A stretch of 64,000 nucleotides of DNA, from contig OX597821.1 in the NCBI GenBank assembly GCA_951406725.2, positions 104,284,001-104,348,000 on the forward strand. Reading direction: 5' to 3'. Shown here piece after piece: positions 25,800 to 39,424 of this stretch. Made by a program: the position numbers and the translations under genes. Origin of the DNA: Octopus vulgaris. Taxonomy: Eukaryota. How positions within the stretch are numbered: the first letter of the stretch is position 1; each line of letters begins with the position of its first letter. Below the pieces are notes generated by a model. It saw nothing but the letters and a program-made list of their open reading frames with translations, ran no database searches and was not told the DNA's origin.

Positions 25800-27710
25800 T
25801 GTTTGGTAATATTACCAACATTCGTACAATCTTGAAATTACTTCTTGTTTATTTTTTTCAGCGTCATTCATGAAAATTTCTCTGTGACTTTTCGCATAGA
25901 GCAACATCATACATCTTTCGTTATAGGCTTTTGTGACCTGTGATATGATGCATTGACAACAAATTAGATAATGATTTAGAATATCCATGTTATTTCTTAC
26001 TTGAATGGGAACGATGAGTGTTTCAAAATCTATACCTACAAGCAGCCTTTTGAGTTTCCGTGACATCATATCAAGGTCTCCTTTGTCAACTGGGACTGTC
26101 TTGATGCTGTCAGTCATTATTACCCACATTTGTAAAAGTTGATGTCCCTTCACATGTATATACTTGTCAGTTTCTTTTATGCTATTTCTAGCAAGTAACA
26201 TCATCATAGAACGCACGTTATGGCTTTTATGTACCGCTTCTATATCTTTGGTAGAAGATGTATTGATCACATATTAGATAATAGTTTAGAATATTCAGGT
26301 TATTCTCGTTTTTGTTATTTCTTCTTATGAACTGACTGTTTTTGATCCCGAATTCGCTGTTTCCGATGTTTCCGTCGTTTTTTGCTTCCACATTTAAAAG
26401 TTCTACTTCCTTTGCTGTTGGCACTGCATTGGTTTCGGTTTTGTTTTTATCTTGTTCTTAACGAAAATTGTTTTTGGTTAGTGGCCAATTATTTGTTTTG
26501 TTCATCGAAGTATCACTAATATAATAAATATATATATTCTTCGCAATTTAACTGCAGTCTCTTATTTTAGACATTGTTTGATTTCAGGTATTTCCATTGA
26601 TGTTATTTTGCAGTAGTTGCCTGCCTTTTCATGTGTCATTTGTATTTTTTGTTGATCTCAATAATGATTGAGTGACATTTCCTTTTAATGTCCACATTTA
26701 TGTTGGTTTTCTACGTTGCTCGAGTTTAAATCTTATTACAAAAGAAATATTGTAGACTAACACAATTTCCCTTCTGACTACACCGTGTGTTCTATATAAT
26801 AGCTGATTTATTTCTGTGCAATAGACATTCACAGCCTTCACACTATGTACACGATAGGACGTCTAACGCTTCTTTATTATTATTACAATATTTGTCATTA
26901 AGTATTAACGTTGGCGATGTCTTTTCTTGGTCCATAGGAATTTATATAGATTTTATTTCTTCAATTATTTTAGCTATTGTCATGTTCAATATTTTCAGCT
27001 TTAGACCTTTCTGACCTTACACTTTTCTCATATTCAGCTGTCTTCCTATATTAGTTCGTGTAATTCTGCTTTAGCGTTTGTTAGTTGCTAATCTCCATCT
27101 CTGATTGAATTTCATTTTTAACTGTATATTTGAATTTATTCTTTGCACGTCATTTATTTTCTTAATAGATATATTTAATGCAATATATCAGTTTCACGAT
27201 TTGTTCTATAGTATATGATTTTGTCCAATTTCTTTCGTCTTGTTTTTTTCACTCTCATCGTGTACACCATTTCTATTTCTAAATATCTGTTTTTACGTTT
27301 TAGAATGTATCTTGTCAAATGAGATCTACTGGGATCAAATGTTACTTTGAGATCTAACCTACTTTCTTTTCGAATATAAAAAAATGACGTGTACACGGGT
27401 GAGAAGAATATCGTGTACCATACAAAAGTATATAACATACATCAAATTAACCTTTTACTTCCATATATGCCGGTTTGTTTAAGCAAATGCTGATCGTCGA
27501 ATAAATACTGATTCAAACTTTTGTCTGACCCATATATATTTCTTTCTGGAAATATGAGATTTACAAGCTGTTTTTCCCAGGTATTTTGTGGAAAATCCTG
27601 TTTTAACAGATTGAATTCATTGATTTTGTTTCTCATATTTTGGTGTTGATTTAACACTCGCTCCCTCACATCGCTTACACTTCTGTGTTGTACACGAATA
27701 TTAAACAATT
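25800..27710 (-). pseudogene. Decayed intronless coding-like region of unknown origin
   Basis: Run of same-strand ORF pieces (27442-27708, 27175-27438, 26227-26424, 25812-26270) containing an internally duplicated peptide. Confidence 0.4.
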
Positions 27711-27879
27711 AACTTTCAGCGAAAATCATTAAAATGCTTCTTAAACCATTTTATAATTACGAAAAGAAACGATCACTCCCTTGCTTGAGGTTTTCTTTAT
27801 TTTTACAGTGTAGCAATGGTATAACAATATAATTGTATACGTAGCCTGAATCGTACAAATCCTCTTAACACATAATTCC

Positions 27880-27895
27880 TCTACTACTACTACTA

Positions 27896-27952
<57 letters not shown>

Positions 27953-28003
27953 ATTATTATTATTATTATTATTATTATGATTATTGTTGTTGTTATTGTT
28001 GTT
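27880..28003. repeat. (CTA)n/(TTA)n/(TTG)n compound microsatellite
   Basis: Directly visible. Confidence 0.95.
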
Positions 28004-28263
28004 GTTCTCGTCGAAATCATCGTCGTCCCTGCTTCCTTTTATTTTCTCCCTTCTGGCAACAATTACTTTCGCCGGAACCCAAGATTTTGATTTTGATTGC
28101 ATTGTTATTGAATGGAAGCTATTTGTTTGGGGGAATTATGTTTCTTTTAAAATGGTGTCCCTTGGAATATTTTTCCAACATAGAGAGAATAGCTTAATTT
28201 TGTTTTTCTAAACACATTCTTTTTCAATGTGTCATAGATTATAGCAAAAGAGCGCATACAATA

Positions 28264-28336
<73 letters not shown>

Positions 28337-28957
28337 CATATATTAAAATAAATTTCTCCCAACACTAACTATCAAAAGCAAGTAAACTCAGTTTTACAAA
28401 AATAACAAGAAATCCTGATTAATTAATAATTTCAAATGCACCAACACGCAGGGATTGATAAATGAGAAAAATATTCTATGGAGACTGTTATCATTGAAAC
28501 ACAAAATGAAAGCGAAAGTATTAATAGTAACATTATCATCTTCAAGAAGAACAATAACTTTAACAATAGGAATGAAATTCGCTCGCACGTCAAGTTAATT
28601 TTTAGATACAAATATATTTCTGGTTTGGACCATCTTAGTAGGTATTCGGAAAAACTGAACATGACTAACTAAATTGATGCATAAGCGAATAATCTCGCAT
28701 GACCATGCTTGGTTGACGTTTTTTTTAATGAAAACATACAATAATTAGATGTGTTACGAGGGCATAGAATGCAGAGCTCCGAGTTTTAATTTGCTGTGTT
28801 AAATGCAGGTAGGCACGGTTTTTGTTGACGTATTCAAGAATAAATATTTGATATTTAACACTTTTAATGCTAGGAATCTATCGACCTGATGCTTTGAGCA
28901 AGATACGAGAAAATATGTAAGGTTTAGAGGCAGACACTCCTACCTCAATACTACAAT

Positions 28958-29226
28958 CTTTATATCTATAAACGACAAAATGTCTATGTGTCTGTGTGTC
29001 TGTATGTCCTTTATACAAATCCAGTTTTTCACGTAAAAGGCTCGACTTTCTATGGGCTTTCAAAACTGTCTGAGGGGGTTCGTGAAAATCTTTTCATTTC
29101 CCCAGTCACCCCAGAATGCCATTTGAAAAATCGATAAACTGACCCCTTATGCACATAAGTTAAGGGCATATGGGTATTGCCGAAATCCAATGAATATTAA
29201 TTACTCTCAGAAAAAGCTCCAACTAG
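28958..29226 (+). mobile_element. Possible non-autonomous Helitron-like element
   Basis: Starts TCTTTATATCTATAAACG followed by a TGTC/TGTG tract, as at 56105; ends CTAG; 3' hairpin not clear. Confidence 0.45.
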
Positions 29227-30180
29227 CTCATAAACAACAAAACTGGCCCGGGATAAAATGTGATAAGAAACTTAACTCTTGATTTAGGGAGAAATTTTTA
29301 CTGTGACCCAGCAACGAACAACGAGGACTAGAACATAGTGGTAGTCCACGATACACAGAAAAGGAGACAAGTTTAGCAGTAATAAAGCTGAAGATTTGTA
29401 TGTGGTTACCTCTGTTGTAGTGTGTGTATGTGTGTGTGTGTGTGTGTGTAATTTTGTGTACGTGCATGTGTGTGAACTGTACTAGATGTGTAATAACATT
29501 GAGACAGGTGGATTAGAAGAAAACATACGGAAAACATGGAGAACCCGTGGAATATACTTGCACCGCCCCTTATACGTTATCGATCAGGTAATGCAAAAGT
29601 TTCGATGAGCCGATTACATCTTCCCTATTGCCTTGTAGATATTTATTTTACTGACTTTGAAAGGGAAGAAAGCAAAATCTATCTCGCACACTGATTGATA
29701 TCGGCTTACAACACGCACCCTAAAATTGCTGGTTATAAGCCAAAGCTTGAGACTATTATGAAAAAACCTGATGCAATAATATATTGCCACAACTGATATG
29801 ACCCAAGAAATCCAGGTTTTCGAATTTATAAATGATATCAAGAGAAAGCAACTGTGTGTGAACTAAACAAAGTATCAAATATATTAGTTTCCAACTTCGG
29901 GGCTTCGTACTCGTTGCGAAACAAAACAATAATATGTAGCTGTTACTTGAGTAGACCTGAAATTTTGCTGACTAGACGACCCCTTTAACTTGCTGGGTTT
30001 CACGAGAAAACTCATGGAAATAAAACTAGGATTCTAGTAATATAAATATTGGGCACCAGCGATCGGAATTACCACTTTACAAGTATACTCCACCATTTCT
30101 TGGCATTTTCTTACGTATAATGTGTAAATATTTATGTTGCAAAAAAGAAATCATTGCTTTCATAGTGGTATCAGCAAATC

Positions 30181-30448
30181 CTGCTCAAAATAGCCATAGA
30201 TTCCTTTTCATATCAGCAAATTATCATCTTATAACTATACACTTTTCAATAAATAAAAAGGTAAGGTGTACTATTGTGAAGATTTCAAACATAAGTGTAC
30301 GGGAGTTCAGCTTAACAAGTACAGGCTTCTCATTAAAAATAAACGAAACATTGTTAGAGCTGTGTTGAACGCGATTCATGATTGACAACTAAATTATCAA
30401 AAGAAGAAAAAATATATATACGATACAAGAGAAATAGAGAATATTATA
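30181..30448 (+). repeat. ~270-bp segment duplicated at 33064-33329
   Basis: Direct alignment with scattered substitutions. Confidence 0.9.
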
Positions 30449-30591
30449 GATGAAATGAAAGCAAAAGGAACGTACAAATCCTATGTGGTAACCGATTGGG
30501 CCAAGGCAGAATGACATAAAGTGTCTTCAAGAAATAAAACTCACGGCCTCATGCATGTGGGTCGATTACCGTAGACACTAAGACATGTTCC

Positions 30592-30661
<70 letters not shown>

Positions 30662-30699
30662 AATGTAATATGTGACAATTATTCAGTAGTCATGAAAAA

Positions 30700-30755
30700 A
30701 ACGTCGAGTTTCGGATGTCGGGGCGGAAACACACGCCGCCATCTCTTCAGTTATC
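30700..30755 (-). ncRNA. Degenerate hammerhead-like motif in a (TA)n-flanked fragment
   Basis: Reverse complement: CTGAAGA-GATG GCGG..CCGC..CATC-C-GAAA-CTCGAC; stem I and cleavage site not intact. Confidence 0.4.
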
Positions 30756-30774
30756 CGGCCATCGGAAAAAATGC

Positions 30775-30809
<35 letters not shown>

Positions 30810-30892
30810 ATAATTGTTAGAGAGGGCAACAAACATTAAGGTAAGGCAAGCATCTCAAGTCGTATACAATATTACTATTGTAAAAAGTTCAA

Positions 30893-30950
30893 TGTCTTAC
30901 AGGTGTTTCTGTGATATCCACGAGTATGGGATATTCCTTCATCAGAGACA
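30893..30950 (-). ncRNA. Type I hammerhead ribozyme motif
   Basis: Reverse complement: TGTCT-CTGATGA-AGGA ATATCC..GGATAT CACA-GAAA-CACCTG-TA-AGACA; perfect 5-bp stem I, GUA site, imperfect base of stem II. Confidence 0.65.
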
Positions 30951-31017
30951 AATAGGGAAAAATTACCTAGCGTACGTAATGCTTTAGATCATACTTTGTG
31001 TGTGTATATATATATAT

Positions 31018-31401
31018 GAGATTTATCATTGTTTGATTTCACTTTTTCAATATCGGTGTCAATCGACACTGGAAAAAGTATATGTATTTGTGAAGGGAGC
31101 TGACTTCTCGTCGACAACCATGATTGTCACACGCTGATGATAGGTAAACACCTTGAAACTCGAGTCCGTGTGTATCATGAGTTGAAGACTTGGAGGATGA
31201 CTTCACTTCACAAATACTGAGAGGACACAGATAGTGTGTCTATAGCCAGCTGGAGGAGATATCTTCCTGGGGCTACAAACTACAGTAGCATCCACCCTTA
31301 GGGTTTAGCCATATTCAAATGGCAAATATGCGTCACGATGTGTTACCGCTACTGTTTATAACTCGCTCTGAGATTTATAACTCGCTCTGAGATTTATCAT
31401 T
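31018..31401 (+). mobile_element. Hammerhead-bearing monomer with 13-nt terminal redundancy in (TA)n
   Basis: GAGATTTATCATT at both ends; homologous to 4983-5296 (GCCAGCTGGAG..CCTGGGGCTACAA..CCACCCTTA..TTAGCCATATT). Confidence 0.8.
31128..31172 (+). ncRNA. Minimal type I hammerhead ribozyme
   Basis: CACACG-CTGATGA-TAGG TAAACA CCTT-GAAA-CTCGAG-TC-CGTGTG: perfect 6-bp stem I, intact core, palindromic stem III. Confidence 0.85.
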
Positions 31402-32087
31402 ATATATATATAGTTTACTCTTCTCTGATGGTAATATCAAGTACTCCATCTGGTGTGAGATAAATATTTTTTAATAAACGCAATGCATGTTATTATGTGC
31501 TACTTTTATCAGAACGTGCTAAACTCTGTTTTATAACATGTCTAACATCTGAGCAGAGTAATCAGGCTCTACCCACATGGAATAATCAACTAAATATGGA
31601 ACTCGACAAGAACGAGAAAAAGGGCAGAAGGAATATTATAGACACTGTGGATGGTTGAAAAAGCATAAAACGAAAAAGTAATCAGGAAGAAACCACAGGA
31701 CAAAAAGTTATCTCCCTTAGAGCGTAAATTATATTAGGCTGAGAAAATAATGGCTTTGAGATCTTAAATTGAGATCTTAGAGATCTTAAATCTGAAATGG
31801 ATTTGAGCCCTCTTAGCTTAGCATAGCTTACACATTTTTGATTTGTTAACACATGGTGTGAATTTTTCGATTATTTTCCTCTTTATCGTTTGTGATATTG
31901 TGTTCAACTTCAAAATCACTCAATACGTGGCTAGCCAACTTAGTAGCTCTACTTTTGCCCCTATGTCGGAAGGAAGCTCTGTGATTAGTGTAGCGGTTAT
32001 TAAATCCCCCTTCACGTATGCTATATATCTCCTTTTATCGGTTGCGCCATCAACTAGCGAAGCAGTAACGATTCCATCATATATATA

Positions 32088-33691
32088 CAGGATACAATGG
32101 GTAAATTGTTGCGATTTTATCATTTTAATTTCACTCATGCGCATTGTTTGTAGTTAATTGTGTGGACCACACAATATAATAGTCAGTTGGGTACCATCTG
32201 TGAGAAAACTATCTCATTGAAGCAATTATCTCTGCCAGCCATTTGGAAACGACATGATGTACTATCTCGCATTCGCGCTGGAAGCTGCAATACGTACATT
32301 TTAGAGTGTTAGAGTGTCAATCCGAGGAGGATGCAATCTGAGGAAATGTTCCGAGAATGATAAATATCAAACATCCAGTCAACATCATCGTGTTTCGAGT
32401 GATCACTAAAGAGTATGGCGTTATGCCTCCCTTCAACTTCCCATACGGCTTCACGCCTACATGAAGTACCCGGAAGAGGTAGTACAGCTCTGAGTCAAGG
32501 TGGAAGATTTTATGTCTGAGAACAGGTCTGTGCAGCATGCCTCACAAGACGGAAATCCCAATCATGGCTGACTCATAATTTCTGCGACTTTTAACTTTGT
32601 CTGGGATAGTCGGGTGGGAGTGGTACCTCTACAGATCGGCGTGGATTGTTGCGCCCTTTTACGGTTGGTTCGACCACCTTGGTCCCCACGCCACTTCCTG
32701 CTCTCACTTGTGGCTCCTCGTAACAGTTTGTTTGCAACAGCGGCCACATACCGGGAAGCGACGTCGACAGACCGGTTAAATTAGGCGAGGGTAGCCAACA
32801 AGTTTGAAACACTCGTTGAGTAATTCAGGGTTTGCCTTCCTTTGGCATGCAAAGACTGATTCCGACAGACTGGGCGGTCCAGCGGCTATAAATGCGCTCC
32901 CAGAAGGCGTTGTTGAACGCTCAGGGCAGAATAACACGCGAGAAGCTTCTGGTCATCGACTGCAGCAAGGAGATCTCCAGACATATCGACTCCCCGTCAG
33001 ACTGGATCAGGTTTTCTTCTCCCAAGAGAGTAGGAATGTTCACGTGCAACGATTCTTCCACTTCTGCTAAAAATAGCCATTGATTCCGTTTCACATCAGC
33101 AATTATCATCTTATAATTATACACATTTCAATAAATAAAAAGGTAAGATGTACTATTGTGAAGACTTCAAACATAAGTGCAATGGAGTTTAGCTTAATAA
33201 GTACAGGCTTCTCATTAAAAATAAACGAAACATTGTTATGTCTGTGTTAAACACGATTCATGATTGACAACTAAATTATCAAAAGATGAAAAAATATATA
33301 TACGTTACAAGAGAAATAGAGAATATTATAAACGCCCCTAACATCTTGCCACCTAACTCACCAGACTACAACCCCCTTGATTACTATGTGGGGGTGCAGA
33401 TGAGCGATAGACTAACAAAGCTCCTTGTTTCACCAAAGATGAACTGAAGGCAAGGATTATGGCAGATAACATCAACTTAAACAAGGAGACCGTCCTGAAT
33501 GTTTGCAGGAAATTGCACAGTCTCTTCGAGGCCCTGGTTGAAGCCAATAACGATTTTGTTGAATAAATTTGCTCTTTGGTATTTCAATATACTTGTTAAT
33601 GTAATTTTGATATATATATATTTTAAAATGAGATGTCCGTGTTATTTTCATTTTTGCGCAATTTAGACGGCGGTTTATTCACCGCAGCCTG
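32088..33691 (+). mobile_element. Tc1/mariner-superfamily (maT-like) transposon remnant interrupted by foreign DNA
   Basis: TA|CAGG...CCTG|TA ends; transposase pieces KHPVNIIVF.VIT..GVMPPF (from ~32370) and PPNSPDYNPLDYYV..TKDELKARI (from ~33345). Confidence 0.8.
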
Positions 33692-34101
<410 letters not shown>

Positions 34102-34591
34102 AAACGTAAACAACACGTATACAACACATTTGAATACATTGTTATGTATACATATATTTTGGTGAAGATGCCCACGTACAACTTTCATTTTCCTTAGTTT
34201 ATATAGACATCAGTAAAATGCAAAAGAGCTGTAAATATTTTTCTATAAATATATTACTCCGTAAACTCCGTCAATTTCAAAAGTTTAATATTCAACACAC
34301 AATGACATCACTCATAGTCATACCAGCTGCATTATTTCAGTATTTGCGAAGAGACTCTTCTGAAAACATTAATAATGTTAGTAAAAATACATATGCGAGA
34401 TTTAAGCAAAAATATTTGTGCAAAAATAGCTGCAAAATATGTAGCGAATTCTAGAAGAGCATTTGCAGACATTTTTGAATGCTACGCAGTCATAATAGTG
34501 TATCCTGTATAATATCTGCACAGCTGATATATAAACTAAATTAAGTATTTCAATGAATCAATAATATAACAAATATGTGCGTAAACTACTG

Positions 34592-34601
34592 AATAATAAT
34601 G

Positions 34602-34699
<98 letters not shown>

Positions 34700-34707
34700 A
34701 GTAATAG

Positions 34708-34767
<60 letters not shown>

Positions 34768-34785
34768 TAAATAATAATAATAGTA

Positions 34786-34858
<73 letters not shown>

Positions 34859-34878
34859 TAGTAATAATAATAATAGTA

Positions 34879-34931
<53 letters not shown>

Positions 34932-34941
34932 AATAATAATG

Positions 34942-35014
<73 letters not shown>

Positions 35015-35034
35015 TAGTAATAATAATAATAGTA

Positions 35035-35079
<45 letters not shown>

Positions 35080-35118
35080 TAATAATAATAATAAAAACAT
35101 TAATGATAATAATAATGG
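34592..35118. repeat. (AAT)n microsatellite with recurring variant units
   Basis: Directly visible; GAT, AGT and AAA variants recur in blocks. Confidence 0.97.
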
Positions 35119-35684
35119 CATTCGTTATTTACATTAGTAATGAAAGTAAGAATGCATAGAAGCAAAGGCAACTGTGAGTTGTCTCAAATTTTCCAATAGA
35201 AATGCAAAGATGAAAGGAACAGATTTATTTAAAATTTAATATACTTCATTATAACCACAATATCTTTTAAGTATTTTAAAAGCAAATATGAATTTTATGT
35301 ATAAAGCAAGTTCCCCTCCAGTCAAAAATCTTTGTTCATGTTTCGAAGTATGTGTGTTGTGTCCTTTTTGTCCCTTTATAAATGCATACACGCATACAAA
35401 TATAAATATATATGCATATATATATGTATAGGAAAATGTGTCTTAATATACACACAAAAACACACACATATATATATGTATATATATGTATATATACATA
35501 CAACCACATACATGCATACCTACATATATAATCACATATATATACCTATCTATCTATATATGTAAGTATATATATGTATATATAGAGAGAGCACATTATA
35601 TATATGTATGTGTAGATATAAAATAAATAGAAATATAGAATTATAAAATAAAAAATAAAAATCAATATAACTATGAAAAGCAGT

Positions 35685-35773
<89 letters not shown>

Positions 35774-35976
35774 AGAATTCACAAAAAAAACAAGAAAACA
35801 AAAGACGATGTCAGGTGGTGTAGACAAGGAACAGATGTATTAGTTTAACGGGAAGTTTTGAGCCTACGTTCTTCCTTTCTTCTCCAGAAAGGAACACAGA
35901 ACGAAACAAGGAGAGAAAATAAAGAATGTGGAGTGACTAGCGATCTATCATAGATCCCCGCGATCTTTCTCTCTCT

Positions 35977-36054
<78 letters not shown>

Positions 36055-36057
36055 ATG

Positions 36058-36122
<65 letters not shown>

Positions 36123-36172
36123 ATGTTGTAGTAGATTAACCAATATATATATATATATATATAATTCACCAA

Positions 36173-36210
<38 letters not shown>

Positions 36211-36424
36211 TCCCCCACACACGCACGCACGCACGCACATTGTTGAATGGCCGTTGACTACTCATTATTTCCTCCGTTCTTTGACAAAATGTCCAATAAT
36301 CACCCTCCTCCCCAAGTAACCTTCCGGGGTTTAGTCATCGACGACACCCGACCATGTAACAGGTTTTACTCGAATACATGTTAACAGTAACGTTCAAGAA
36401 TTACCAATAGCACTCGAGAGCGAT

Positions 36425-37085
36425 ATGTTCCGAGAGTGATAAATATCAAACATCCAGTCAACATCAACGTGTTTCGAGTGATCACTAAGGAGTGTGGCGT
36501 TATGCCTCCCTTCAAATTCCCATACGGCTTCAGGCTCAACATGGAAGCCTACATGAAGTACCTGGAAGAGGTAGTACAGCTCTTAGGCAAGGTGGAAGAT
36601 CTTATGTACGGGAACAGGTCTCTGCAGTATGCCTCACAAGCAGGAAGACCCAATCTTGGTTGGTCATAATTTCTGCGACTTTTAACTTTGTCTGGGATAG
36701 TCGGGTGGGAGTGGTACCTCTACAGAGCAGCGTGGATTTTTGCGCCCTTCTATGGTTGGTTCGACCACCTTGGTCCCTACTTGTCTCCCAGCTCTCACTT
36801 GTGGTTCCTTGTAATGGTTTGCATGCATCACTGACCACATACCCTGCAACGATTTTGACAGGCCGGCTAAACTAGGTGATGGTAGCCAACGAGTTTGAAA
36901 CGCTCGTTGAGTAATTCAGTGTTGGCTTATTTTGGCATGCGAAGACTGACTCCAATGGCTATAAAGGCGATCCCAGCAGGCGTTGTGAAACGCCCAGGGC
37001 AGAATAAGACTTGAAGTGGTTCTGGTAATCGAATGCAGCAAAAAGATCTCCAGACGTAACGGCTCCCCGTGGGACTAGATCAGGT
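36425..37085 (+). repeat. Diverged duplicate of ~32346-33012 (transposase fragment fused to foreign segment)
   Basis: Aligns through the same junction, CATAATTTCTGCGACTTTTAACTTTGTCTGGGATAGTCGGG. Confidence 0.9.
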
Positions 37086-37508
37086 TGACCCGAACGAACG
37101 GATTAGCGACAAACATTTACCTCTCTGGCCTATCGCTCATCAACGTTTTCAAGTACCACTTGAAAAGGAAGGTGGGAATTGAACGGCAGGTTTTGTCTCG
37201 TGAAATTTTCAAAACAAGGTGGGTGAATGTAGGAAAGATGGTTTGTGCGAGCGATGAAACCACTTTGAGCATGATCTTCTAAATCGAAAAAAGAGAGATA
37301 GCAAGCACTTTGCTCTCATGTGTTTATTCCCTCCCCGCGTGAGGTTACTGCGATCTTTTCTGTAGTCTTTTCTTTCCACGGATAAACGTAATTTTCCGAC
37401 CCTTTTGATCGGAATTTTACTTTTTTTTTTCATTTTCTAAAATAAAGCTCTACATTTGTATTTGTCCCTTCGTGTTCAGACCTGTGTGGCAAATAAAGAA
37501 AGTTATCC

Positions 37509-37581
<73 letters not shown>

Positions 37582-37631
37582 ATTTCCTGTCTGCCTCTGT
37601 GTGTCTATCTGCCTGTCTGTCTGTCTCTCTC

Positions 37632-37704
<73 letters not shown>

Positions 37705-38304
37705 TTACCTGTATGTCTGTTTGTCTGTCTGCTTGTCTGTCTGTCGGTCTATATTTGTATATGTATCTATTTCTATCTTTGTCTCTCTCTTACTATATTC
37801 ACATATATATTGTCAGTTACACAATCAACCCCTACCCCACAAACACACACACACACACACACATAACTTGAGACATTCTTAATGTATTCGATGCTAAACT
37901 CTGATTCTCTGAAGTAGCATCCTGACGTAAGTAATACTAAAACCGTTTTATATTACCTAAGAAATATTTTGTATATATGGCATTACATTTTTACCTTTAT
38001 AATTGTTAAAAGGTATTGTATTGCTTTCGACTCGTGTGAAACTTCTTCAATCATTTAGTTTTAAAATAAATGATTTGTTTATGTGTCTAGGAAGCTTGAA
38101 GTAAATGTTAGTATACTTTTTATTATTGCAAATCCACTTGTAATGTTTCGCGAATCACTTTATCACGTCTAAAGTTCTAAGAATGTTGTGGTTATATGCG
38201 GACGAGATTGTGTGTATACGTCTGTGCGTCTGTTTCTGTGAGTACTTAGGTATATACATATAAGCGTATATGTGTGTCTGTGTCTGTATATCTATATCTA
38301 TCTA

Positions 38305-38446
<142 letters not shown>

Positions 38447-38549
38447 ATATTATGTATATATGTATGTATGTATGTATAAGTTTCATATGTGTATGTATGT
38501 CTGTGTACGTGCGCTCTTTCATTGCTAGTTGCTTTCGCTATCCGTAATG

Positions 38550-38608
<59 letters not shown>

Positions 38609-38732
38609 CATTATTGTTATTGTACTTTGTTTATACATACATACATATATATATATAAATGTTTGTGTATGCCTGTATATATATATATATATAAATATGT
38701 GTGTATGGCTGTGTATGTCTATATATATATAA

Positions 38733-38798
<66 letters not shown>

Positions 38799-39321
38799 GA
38801 GTACAAACATATACATAAACACTCACGCTCACACACATATAACTATATATATATGTACACATACATAAGTATGTAAAAGTACATATATAAGTATGTATGT
38901 GTATACGATCCATTATGTAAGGGCATTCTTACTGTAAATTCTTTTATATGTTTTCTTCTTTTGCAATTTATAATTATCTTTTAATAAGTATTTCATAGTG
39001 TTTTTCGAATGCCACTCGAAAAATATAGATTTAATATCTTTGTTAATCCACTTTTTAAATCTCTACTTGATATTTTTCTTTATTTCGTATTTGAAAACAA
39101 GATTCTATTATTTAATTGCAAAGCAACTCTTTTTAATTCCATAGAATATATTTGCCCGGCTACTTTGTTTAAAAGTGACTAAATCATGGTTTTCTTCCTC
39201 ATCTACTTTCACTTTTGATGCTTAAAACATTTAATATTGAATTAATATATATCTAGATTAGATAAATATTTACATTACATGTACATTTAGAATGCGAACC
39301 ATTTTCACTGTATATACATAC

Positions 39322-39424
<103 letters not shown>

